A DNA stretch of 64,000 nucleotides from Acidobacteriota bacterium. GTDB taxonomy: Bacteria; Acidobacteriota; UBA6911. Location of the stretch: NCBI GenBank assembly GCA_963664705.1, contig OY761556.1, positions 6,496,001-6,560,000 of the forward strand, read 5' to 3'. This document shows positions 18,335 to 26,889 of the stretch, in pieces (the stretch's first letter is position 1; the number at the start of each line of letters is the position of its first letter). The translations under genes were made by a program, and so were the position numbers. The notes beneath the pieces were generated by a model. That model did no database searches and had not been told where the DNA came from. It saw nothing but the letters and a program-made list of their open reading frames with translations.

Positions 18335-20991
18335 TGTAATTTCTCTCCTGTGTCAGCAGGCCGGGATTCGATAAAAAGAGAATCGGAACTATCGCCAATC
18401 ATCAGCATTCCCGCCCAGTGCTTTGGGAGTGCATTGTCCTTGTATTCTCCAATAAAATCCAACTTCGCCTGGCGCAGAGCAGATCCCTTGTCCATTCCAT
18501 GCGCCAAATATGAGTAGAAGCGAGTCATCAGCTCCGCCGTGGAAAGATCCTCTGTGGGCCAGATGCTTGCTACCACAGATCGCGCGCCGGCCATCAGAAA
18601 GGATTTAACCAAATTGGAGACTCCCTCCTGGTCCAATACTCTTCCCATTGCGGTATCGCATGCGGATAGAACGACCAAATCGGCTTTTAGTCGGAGCCGG
18701 CTGATTTCCCACGCCTGAAAGATGCCGTCATCGCGTTCATCAATCTGAGGTCCAAATAGAAGTGCTGACCTGGCTGGAAATCTCGGATCTGAAATGCCAT
18801 GAACTGCAAAATGGAGGATGTCGAAATTTTCCAGGCTAAGCGACTTAATTGCTGATTCGCTGACAGATTCTCCGAGCAAGGTAAAGCTATCAGTCGCGCC
18901 CTTCATCTCTTTAGCGATCGTTGATATTTCAGTAAGCGAACCCTCCAGTCTGGACGGTCGCGGCAGATTATTAAAGTAGATGAGTCCGGATTCGTCTGAA
19001 GCAGGGTATCGAACATCACCCACACCCAAAAACTTTCGTTTACCCGTTCGCATTACCGGGGTTTTCCTGAGAAGGTATGTAATTGTTGCCGATGGGCTGT
19101 AATCAATCATGTGCAGTTCCAGAAAAGGCCTCCCGGAGGGCACCGGAATTGCCTCGAAGGGAAGTAAGTGCAGCAATCCATCCGGCACAATTGTAATTCG
19201 TGGCTTATGATCGATATCTGGGAGCGGACGGATCAACAGGTCATAGAGTCTTTGGGCGAATTGGGTACTTTTTCGGTTTTGCAGAATATCATTGCGATAG
19301 TTTGAAACAGCCTCTTCAATCACATGCCTGGGAGCAAGCGTGATGCCCTGAACACCGGATCGACTGATTACCAAGCAGGTAGAGGAAGGCTCTCTCAATA
19401 CATATTCAAGAATGACTTCTGCTGAATATAGGCCTTTTTGAATTTCTGCTAACGGGATTGGAGAAAATGTCAGCGCCTCAATATTGTGCCGACCAGCTTC
19501 TCGGCTGGATCCAAGATGCTGTTCCAAATCGAAAATTTCGCTTTGAATTCGATGTTGTTCCAGCGGATCTTTCTTTTTCCAGAGCTCGGCTTGGAGGCGA
19601 GTGAGTGACCGTTCGTATTTCTCGAAAGGATTTTGATCCTTTTCTCCCACTGCCGGAGTGGGATCTAACCGTCGTCCTCTAAGAGAATCTGAAATGCTTC
19701 TGCCACGAGCCTGTTCCAGAATTAGGAAAGCTTTTGCCGGATCATTGAGTCGATGGAGCGAAAACGAAAAGTAGTCAGAGTAAAGGCTGCTCATTCTGGC
19801 AACGAGGAAAGCACGAGCATGGGCACTCGTAAATTTCCCCAGCAGACCGTTTAGGGTTTGCAGCGCTTCATTGTAGAGGAGATCGGCCTCAGCGATCCGG
19901 CCTTGGTCTGCCCGAATTGCTGCCCTGTTCCGAAGATGGAGAATGGTTTCTGTTGGATCTCCAGATTTCAAGCTCGAATGGAAACCCACTTCAGCACAAT
20001 CAAGCCCTTTCCACAATTCGTCTCGTGTGAGATGAATTTGTGAAAGGTCCAGAGATATTTTTGAAATTAGCCGATGATAACCAATTTCCAAGGAAATATT
20101 GAGGGCTTGTTTCAGCAAATCTGCGGCCTCCACAAGTCGGCCATTCTCGAAATGCACATGCCCCTGTAGATATAGCGCTTGGGCATTCTGAGCGGGAGCT
20201 CCGGTGAGTCGCGCCTGAGCTATGCAATGCTCAACCAAAGGCGTTGCATCCTGAAGTCGATTGGATGCGATGAGAATTATTGCCTTCTCAAAAAAGGCTG
20301 GGGAATAGGAGAACGCTTGTTCGCGTTCTATTAGGTCAATCGCGCGATCAAGATGGCCAAGGGCATCTTGATTCTTTCCTGCACTGCTATAAAGACAGGC
20401 GATGGCAGTCCTGAATCGCAGTTCATTCATCCCATCGCCGATCTCTGCTGCGTGCCAAAGGACTGCAGAGACTTCATCTGATCCAATTGGATCTCCATCC
20501 AACACCTTCAACAGGCCGAGCTCTCCCCGTGCGCGGTCCTCCAAATGCTTATCCCCAGCCTTTTGAGAGAGCATGAGGACTTCCTGCCAATCCCGCCGGC
20601 GCTGATAGGCATTAAAAACGAAGGCGCTTAGGGCATCAGTGTCAGACTCAACATCGGCTTTTAAAAACAGCGCTCTGAGACGAACCGTTGGATTGTTTTT
20701 TGCCGGCAAACGCCCAATCTCTCTTCTTAGAGCATCACAAATTTGCTGGAGAGAATATTCCTTAATAGAAGCTCGAATGCTTCCATGCCTGGCCATTGCT
20801 GCGCTTTCAATGTCACCTGCCACAAGAAGCTGCTTCTCTGCTTCCTGGTAAAGCGGCAGTGCTTTGCCCCATTGGTATCTCTCTGCATGCAGATCCGCCT
20901 GCCGGAGCATTTCATTGCCAGACTCCAAAGACCAAGCCGTCCGTGAACAGCAGATGGTTGCAACTAGTAGGAACCAATAGATTGCTTTCAT
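18331..20991 (-). CDS. Exported TPR-CHAT (caspase-like, HetF-family) protease
   Basis: Signal-peptide-like N-terminus, TPR helices, CHAT motifs 'EQARGR', 'IVPDGLLHLLPFEAI', catalytic 'HFAVHG' and 'VLSACDT', 'AGARSVVASIW', 'PKHWAG'. Confidence 0.92.
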   Translation of the reverse strand: MKAIYWFLLVATICCSRTAWSLESGNEMLRQADLHAERYQWGKALPLYQEAEKQLLVAGDIESAAMARHGSIRASIKEYSLQQICDALRREIGRLPAKNNPTVRLRALFLKADVESDTDALSAFVFNAYQRRRDWQEVLMLSQKAGDKHLEDRARGELGLLKVLDGDPIGSDEVSAVLWHAAEIGDGMNELRFRTAIACLYSSAGKNQDALGHLDRAIDLIEREQAFSYSPAFFEKAIILIASNRLQDATPLVEHCIAQARLTGAPAQNAQALYLQGHVHFENGRLVEAADLLKQALNISLEIGYHRLISKISLDLSQIHLTRDELWKGLDCAEVGFHSSLKSGDPTETILHLRNRAAIRADQGRIAEADLLYNEALQTLNGLLGKFTSAHARAFLVARMSSLYSDYFSFSLHRLNDPAKAFLILEQARGRSISDSLRGRRLDPTPAVGEKDQNPFEKYERSLTRLQAELWKKKDPLEQHRIQSEIFDLEQHLGSSREAGRHNIEALTFSPIPLAEIQKGLYSAEVILEYVLREPSSTCLVISRSGVQGITLAPRHVIEEAVSNYRNDILQNRKSTQFAQRLYDLLIRPLPDIDHKPRITIVPDGLLHLLPFEAIPVPSGRPFLELHMIDYSPSATITYLLRKTPVMRTGKRKFLGVGDVRYPASDESGLIYFNNLPRPSRLEGSLTEISTIAKEMKGATDSFTLLGESVSESAIKSLSLENFDILHFAVHGISDPRFPARSALLFGPQIDERDDGIFQAWEISRLRLKADLVVLSACDTAMGRVLDQEGVSNLVKSFLMAGARSVVASIWPTEDLSTAELMTRFYSYLAHGMDKGSALRQAKLDFIGEYKDNALPKHWAGMLMIGDSSDSLFIESRPADTGEKLQ

Positions 20992-21000
20992 ATCTGGCCG

Positions 21001-23976
21001 CTAAAACTGATATCTCAGAGCGAGCTGAAGCTGAAATGGCGCTCCGGCATAAAGACCGTTTGTGTTGAGAGATCCGTTTGGCAGGTATTTTGTCCGGAAG
21101 GTTGGCAGCGGATTCTGCCCTGGTCCCCACAAAGAGCCGATAGCACCGGAAGGTCCTTGCTCATTCGGATTAGCGGTGAATAAAAGGTTCTTGGCATTCC
21201 AAAGATTGAACAACTCAGCGCTCACATGCAATTTGCTAGTTTCTCCAATACTGAACATTTTTAGGACCCGAAGATCATGCTGGAAATGGTTTGGCTGGCG
21301 AAAAGAATTCCTGAGAAGTGGAATCCCATTGATGATCGGACGATCGGTAAGCTGGCCATCTCCATTGCTGTCCATGCCGGTAAAAGCGCTGAAGGGTGTC
21401 CCTGTGCGCCATTCTACGGTCGAGCTCGTCGTCAATCCCCAGGGAAGCTCCCATAAACTATTGAGAATCCAGCGATGGCGAATATCGTTCCGACTCCAGC
21501 GGTACTCGGATCCAAGATCAAATGCGTTTTCGTAGTTGATTCCGAGATAGTTGCGTTCGTTTGAGTCGTCATCTTTGTTATAGGAAAGGACATAATTTGT
21601 CCGAAATTGCATCCTGGAGAACCTGCGTTCAAGCCCCACTATGAGAGCATCATAATTTGAGCGAGCGTTGCTTTCCTGTTGACGAAGAATGCCGAACGCC
21701 GGGTTAGGTCTGGCGCTGAGATCGAAGTGCGGCCGCAGTACTGACGGGATTGAATTGTCAGGTTCAATCGTTGGCTGCGGCAGATTTACATCTCGGATTC
21801 TCTCCAGGTGGACAGTGTGGCTGTGAACAAAAGAAATATTCCCAACAAAGCTATTGGTTAGCCGTTGTTCAATGGAAATGCCGTATTGGAAGGCTCTCGG
21901 GTTCCGGAAGTCGGATGCGAAAAATGAAACGTCGGGCCTGACGTTAAGGCCCAGAGATGTGAAATACGAAGCATCTTGCGCATTCGCGGTTTCAGGAACG
22001 AACGGGAAAACGAATTCCGGCCGAGCTTTTTGGATCGCGCCTATTTGTGGAGCGACCAGATCGAATGTGACTCCGACCTCAGGATTGCCGTTGGAGTTGA
22101 ACGCCTGGTTGACCAGCAAATAGGGGGTCCGCGCATTAAAAAGGCCGGTTCCGAGACGGATAACCGTTCGGCTACCGGATCCGGGGCTCCAGGAAAGCCC
22201 CAGACGAGGCTGCCACATATTTAAGTCGCTGGGCACTTCGGAAGTGTTAGGCAGAAGTTGATTGGGCTTTGAAGGTTGAGGCATGAGCGCGGCTTCATAT
22301 CGAAGTCCGGCATAAAGGCTCAAATTGGAACTCAGCCGTATTGAGTCCTGCAGGTAACCGGCGAAATCCCAGAATCCGGCTTGAAATCGTCCATTGCCGA
22401 AATAGATTCTCATGAAATCGGCAGGATAGGGTTGCCCGGTTGCTGGATTGATTTGTCTTTCTGACGTGCGAATGTAGTTGTTAAGACTCGTGAATAGGTA
22501 GAGCCCCCGCCAGTTTCCGCGAAAGGTTTGAAAAACGGAGGTGCGGCTTACATCTAAGCCCAACTTCACATGATGTCTGCCTTTGATAAATGAAACGTTA
22601 TCCGCAAACTGCCAGCGTCCATCGTGCTGAATCGCGGGAAGCGTTGCTAATCCTCCAAATGCGCAGCAACCGACAATTCGAATTTCCGGCCCGGCGATAC
22701 TCCTGAAATCATTGCCCTCCAGATTGTTGGTTCGCGGCCGGGATTCATAGGAGTAATGAGCCCGGAATTCATTGAAAATGCCCGAACCGAAACTGCTGTT
22801 TAACGACATAACGACTGCATGTGTTGAGTCGCGTTCTGTTCCATTGTTTTCAAGAGAACTGTCCGTGACGCCAAAATTGGTAGCGTTTGCAGCCTTATTT
22901 GTGCTGAAACTGTACCGCATGCTGAGTTCGTTGCGTGATGACAGTCGATGATCGATCTTGGCCATATAGGTGGCCACATTATTGGTAGTTTTGAACGTGC
23001 CCTGCTTTCCCATGATCTCAGGGGGACCACTAGCCAGGTTGAAGCGGACTGTTAGCGGTTGCTGTTCGCGCTGGCCGTCGAAAACTGTGAAGAAAAATGT
23101 TTTGTCTTTAACCAATGGCCCGCCAAGGCTGGCACCAAATTGTTGCCGCGTTGGGGCGGTATCAAAACCAAAGATGTTTTTGGGAGAGAATTCACGGTGG
23201 CGCAGGTAATAGAAAGCGCTTCCGTGAAAATTGACCGATCCGGATTTGGTGACGACGTTTATCACTCCACCGGCACTTCTACCGAATTCAGCCGAGAAGT
23301 TGGAATGAACGATGCGAAATTCCTGAATGGCTTCCTGACTTAGGATATAGGCGAAATTTGAGCGCTCGCCGCCGCGTTGTCCACCAAAGAAAGGCTGATT
23401 AAAATCAGCTCCATCCACATTGACGGCACTGTTGATGCCTCTTGCGCCGGATAAACTTAGCTGCCCGCGCTCATGTTCCTGGTAGAGGCCTGGAGACAAT
23501 AGTGCGAGATCCAGGAATCGGCGGCCGTTGAGCGGAAACGCTCCGATCTCAGATTGGTCAATAACGCTGCTGATCTCAAATTGTGAGGGATTGGTGATTG
23601 ACGCTTTATCTTGAACTTCAATGAATTGCGAAATGGTCGCAGGCTGCATTGTCACTTCAATAGAGCGCATCTGGCCTATGTTAACGATAATGCCGGTGAT
23701 CCTAACCTCTGAGAAACTCGTCCGATGAGCTGTGATCTCATATTTGCCCACCGGGAGTTGAGTAATCGTGAAAAATCCTTCGGGGGAAGTGCGGTCAGTG
23801 CGCGTAATACCCATCTCAATATGTCTGGCCATGATGAGTGTATCGGGAAGAACACCTCCCGTTACATCACGGACAATGCCCTGAATCTCTCCGGAGCTGA
23901 TTTGGGAATGAGCAATATAGGGGAAGCAAAACCAGAAGATCACCGCGATAATCCTGCATAGCTTCATGACAGTCAT
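21001..23976 (-). CDS. TonB-dependent receptor, Oar-like, with N-terminal carboxypeptidase-regulatory-like domain
   Basis: Signal peptide, 'GEIQGIVRDVTGGVLP', 'PLNGRRFLDLALLSPG', 'FSAEFGRSAGGVINVVTKSG', terminal 'QLALRYQF'. Confidence 0.92.
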   Translation of the reverse strand: MTVMKLCRIIAVIFWFCFPYIAHSQISSGEIQGIVRDVTGGVLPDTLIMARHIEMGITRTDRTSPEGFFTITQLPVGKYEITAHRTSFSEVRITGIIVNIGQMRSIEVTMQPATISQFIEVQDKASITNPSQFEISSVIDQSEIGAFPLNGRRFLDLALLSPGLYQEHERGQLSLSGARGINSAVNVDGADFNQPFFGGQRGGERSNFAYILSQEAIQEFRIVHSNFSAEFGRSAGGVINVVTKSGSVNFHGSAFYYLRHREFSPKNIFGFDTAPTRQQFGASLGGPLVKDKTFFFTVFDGQREQQPLTVRFNLASGPPEIMGKQGTFKTTNNVATYMAKIDHRLSSRNELSMRYSFSTNKAANATNFGVTDSSLENNGTERDSTHAVVMSLNSSFGSGIFNEFRAHYSYESRPRTNNLEGNDFRSIAGPEIRIVGCCAFGGLATLPAIQHDGRWQFADNVSFIKGRHHVKLGLDVSRTSVFQTFRGNWRGLYLFTSLNNYIRTSERQINPATGQPYPADFMRIYFGNGRFQAGFWDFAGYLQDSIRLSSNLSLYAGLRYEAALMPQPSKPNQLLPNTSEVPSDLNMWQPRLGLSWSPGSGSRTVIRLGTGLFNARTPYLLVNQAFNSNGNPEVGVTFDLVAPQIGAIQKARPEFVFPFVPETANAQDASYFTSLGLNVRPDVSFFASDFRNPRAFQYGISIEQRLTNSFVGNISFVHSHTVHLERIRDVNLPQPTIEPDNSIPSVLRPHFDLSARPNPAFGILRQQESNARSNYDALIVGLERRFSRMQFRTNYVLSYNKDDDSNERNYLGINYENAFDLGSEYRWSRNDIRHRWILNSLWELPWGLTTSSTVEWRTGTPFSAFTGMDSNGDGQLTDRPIINGIPLLRNSFRQPNHFQHDLRVLKMFSIGETSKLHVSAELFNLWNAKNLLFTANPNEQGPSGAIGSLWGPGQNPLPTFRTKYLPNGSLNTNGLYAGAPFQLQLALRYQF

Positions 23977-24561
23977 TTCTCCTTTGAATGGTCATGCTGG
24001 AAACGGGATTACGAAATTCCTAAGCGGAGACTTTCAGAAGATTAGTTCGTCGAAAGCATCGTGAACGCGGGAAAATGCTGCGGACACATCAAACGCTATC
24101 CTCTTAGAATAAAAAACCAGCCGGTGCCTACCGCGATTAATTTCCATATTTTGAAAAATGTCGCAAACGCATAATGCCAAATTCTGTGATGCTAAATCAA
24201 ATTTGCTTTATTGGAACAGATTCCCCACATAGCAATTTTCTATCCACATCTCATCAATGGAAGCTAAATGAACATATTGCAGAAGTTAGGATGAATCGCA
24301 GAAATCGGCGAGCGGTCAGAAGTGAACGGAAATGAGGAATAATTTCCCTGAAAAGTGATCATTTGAGCACATTTTTTCCCGCACAATTTGGCAAAAATGA
24401 GTGGCGGTTTTGAGCAAACGAAACTCCTAATAGCAAAAAAATGCATTTTTCTAAAAATAATTTGTAAGTTTTTTGGCATTTCGTGACTCTTCGTGTTGAA
24501 AGAAAAGGAAGAAACAGGAAAGGCTAGGTGCAGTTCAGAAAAACAGAAGGTGAAATCGGCG

Positions 24562-24804
24562 ATGAAACAGCAAGCTTTGTGGAAAATCTCGGATGTTGCC
24601 CAGTATTTGGGCATTCCGTTGAAAAGCGTTTACAGCATGACTAGTCCTAAGGCCGTAATCCGGATACCTCATATAAAGATTGCCGGAAAGGTGAGGTTTC
24701 GGAAGGCGGACATCGACCTGTGGTTGGATCAGTGCACGGTGGTAACCGGCAATTTCCTCACAAATATTCCTGCAGAAATCGGCGGGAGGTTTAACCGGAA
24801 CTGA
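24562..24804 (+). CDS. Excisionase-like helix-turn-helix (HTH_17) protein
   Basis: 'LWKISDVAQYLGIPLKSVY...IPHIKIAGKVRFRKADIDLWL'; start reassigned to ATG 24562. Confidence 0.8.
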   Translation: MKQQALWKISDVAQYLGIPLKSVYSMTSPKAVIRIPHIKIAGKVRFRKADIDLWLDQCTVVTGNFLTNIPAEIGGRFNRN

Positions 24805-24878
24805 TTCCATCCACAATTGGATAAGCCAATTTCATTATTTCGGGCCAAGTTGATTGGCCAGATTGGAGAGTTGCGAAT

Positions 24879-25193
24879 TTGAATAAGGAGAAAATTGTTT
24901 TTCCTGATCCAGGAACGATTGCGCCGGAAAATATTGCGTCGGTTATGGCGCAGATGGCAGCAATCCAGATGAGCCTGGCAACACGTCTCGTTTCTGAAAA
25001 CACAGAACGCCCGCAGCCGGATGTAGATAACCTGCTAACGGTGGAGGAGGCGGCAGTCAGGCTGAAATGCTCTGAAGACTGGCTCTACAAAAGGGCTAGT
25101 CAATTGCCGTTCACAGTCCGGGTTGGCCGAAATCTGCGTTTCAGTGAGCAGGGGATTGAGGCGGCCATTCGCTCCGGCAGGAGGTTCGCTTGA
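24879..25193 (+). CDS. Second excisionase-like HTH_17 protein
   Basis: 'LLTVEEAAVRLKCSEDWLY...LPFTVRVGRNLRFS'; stop overlaps the integrase start. Confidence 0.8.
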   Translation: MNKEKIVFPDPGTIAPENIASVMAQMAAIQMSLATRLVSENTERPQPDVDNLLTVEEAAVRLKCSEDWLYKRASQLPFTVRVGRNLRFSEQGIEAAIRSGRRFA

Positions 25194-26473
25194 ATAGCGG
25201 CAATAAGGACCTAAACAGTCCTCACCAAGTACATGCCGACCTAAAAGACCGTATGTACGGTGACGGAACACTTTACCGAAAGCCTCGAAGTCCTTTTTGG
25301 CATATGCAGTATTATCTTCGGGGTAAACGTTTCAGAGAATCTACAAAAGAGCGGAGCCATGAAAAAGCTCTCAAGGTATTGCGCCGCAGATTGAAAGAGG
25401 TTGGCGCGGATCAGATTGGAGCTAAAAAATTTGTCGGGCCGCGAGGCGAGCGGGTCACGGTGAGCGAAATTCTTGATGCTCTCGTGACCGATCTTGAGGT
25501 TCGGGAAAAGCTGTCTCCGCAAGCTAAATCGAAGTTGGCTCCTGTCCGCGAAGTGCTCGGTCGAATGCCTGCGATGCAGGTCGATGATGATTTGATTCGT
25601 AGTTATATTCGAGTTCGATTGCTGGGGGCATCAAATGTAGCAGCTGAAAAAACCAAGGGCATTCAGTATCAGATCGCGCTTGCACTGATACGCGCAAAAC
25701 GATTGCGTCCGGTCTCAAATGCAACGGTTAACCGAGAAATGGGATATCTCAGTCAAGCCTACAATCTAAAAACAAAGATGGTTGGCCAATCGCCAACAAT
25801 TCCGAAACTTGATGAACGCATTCGTGAGGGATTTTATGAACGTGCTGAGTTTGAACTCATTCTGCAACATCTTCCCGAAGATCTCCGGGATTTCGCTCGT
25901 TGGGGATACTTGACGGGATGGCGCAAAGGGGAAATCTCCTCGCTACGTTGGAATGAGCTTAATATGGAAACACGGCAGCTTCGGCTGCGAGCTCAATTTT
26001 CCAAGAATGGAGAATCCCGCATTGTCCCACTGATGGGAGAGTTGTGGGAAATCATACAGCGGCGCTCGGCAGCCAGATGCTTCGAAGGGGAGAGCAAAGA
26101 GATAATTATTTCGCCTTTGGTTTTCTTTCGTCTAAAAAGCCGTGGAGTACCCGAATCAGGAGCGCCGGTTAAAGAGTTTAGAAAAACCTGGAAAGTTGCC
26201 TGTGATGCAGCGGAGAAGCCGGATGCCCTGTTTCACGATTTTCGCAGGACCGCAGTTCGAAATATGATTCGGGCTGGAGTTGATCGCAAAGTCGCGATGA
26301 TGATCTCCGGACACAAAACCGAGTCTGTCTTCAATCGCTATAACATTACTGATGAGCGCGATCTTGAGGAGGCAATCCGCAAGACCGACGCATATGTTTC
26401 GCAACTTCCAAAGGAACGCGAAAACCTGACTAAAAATGGACAGAAATCCAAGAAAGGAAAGCGTTCCAAATGA
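25190..26473 (+). CDS. int: Tyrosine recombinase / integrase
   Basis: Catalytic set R (TGWRKGE), K (SKN), HxxR (FHDFRR), H (SGH), Y (FNRY); N-terminal arm-binding domain; AGGAGG RBS before TTG. Confidence 0.95.
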   Translation: MNSGNKDLNSPHQVHADLKDRMYGDGTLYRKPRSPFWHMQYYLRGKRFRESTKERSHEKALKVLRRRLKEVGADQIGAKKFVGPRGERVTVSEILDALVTDLEVREKLSPQAKSKLAPVREVLGRMPAMQVDDDLIRSYIRVRLLGASNVAAEKTKGIQYQIALALIRAKRLRPVSNATVNREMGYLSQAYNLKTKMVGQSPTIPKLDERIREGFYERAEFELILQHLPEDLRDFARWGYLTGWRKGEISSLRWNELNMETRQLRLRAQFSKNGESRIVPLMGELWEIIQRRSAARCFEGESKEIIISPLVFFRLKSRGVPESGAPVKEFRKTWKVACDAAEKPDALFHDFRRTAVRNMIRAGVDRKVAMMISGHKTESVFNRYNITDERDLEEAIRKTDAYVSQLPKERENLTKNGQKSKKGKRSK

Positions 26474-26485
26474 TGTTTTTCGCAA

Positions 26486-26507
26486 AACCGCCACACAACC
26501 GCCCCAC
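26486..26507 (+). repeat. Tandem 11-bp repeat, candidate integrase arm-type sites
   Basis: AACCGCCACAC-AACCGCCCCAC between the int stop and the tRNA. Confidence 0.5.
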
Positions 26508-26610
26508 TAAGGGATTTTTGGCACATTTTTGCGTAAAAACGTTGCTTCTAAGATGTACAGTTGATCAGGGTTTAATTCTTAAGAATCTGGGGTTTATAGG
26601 TGAGTATGTT

Positions 26611-26687
26611 TGGTAGCGACGGGTGGAATCGAACCACCGACCTTGGGGTTATGAATCCCACGCTCTAACCGTCTGAGCTACGTCGCC
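26611..26687 (-). tRNA. tRNA-Met (CAT), elongator type; probable ICE integration site
   Basis: GGCGACGTAGCTCAGACGGTTAGAGCGTGGGATTCATAACCCCAAGGTCGGTGGTTCGATTCCACCCGTCGCTACCA: cloverleaf, CAT anticodon, encoded CCA. A TTGAAA-17-CAAAAT promoter lies upstream (26722-26750). Confidence 0.95.
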
Positions 26688-26889
26688 CCATCTGCGGTAA
26701 GTCAAAAACAACAGGCCCATCATTTTGCTGACTTCGCCGCCGCTTTTCAAGCACAAATCACCAGATATTCAAAACTCCCGCCCCTCCCGCCAAACTCCAT
26801 CAACCCACCATCCCCAAAGCCGTCGCCCCGCCACACTTGCCACGGAACCCTTTTACTAGCTCATTCGTATTAGGCGCGGAGGAAAAACT

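Larger units (their letters stand above)
1..26687. mobile_element. Integrative conjugative element (right arm) integrated at the tRNA-Met 3' end; left end lies outside the window
   Basis: VirB-type T4SS operon, two excisionase-like HTH genes and a tyrosine integrase ending ~140 bp from the tRNA 3' end. DNA is visibly more AT-rich than that right of the tRNA. No second copy of the tRNA 3' end was seen in the window. Confidence 0.85.

Noticed and set aside
17143-18517. Plus-strand ORFs 17143-17487 and 17636-18517 as extra members of the ubiquitination operon
   Set aside because: They overlap phoD/CHAT on the opposite strand, lack an RBS and show no recognisable domain.
18331-20991. Type III-E CRISPR Craspase (Csx29) locus
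   Set aside because: No Cas7-11 or CRISPR array, and this CHAT protein has an export-like leader; only the protease-sigma logic is analogous.
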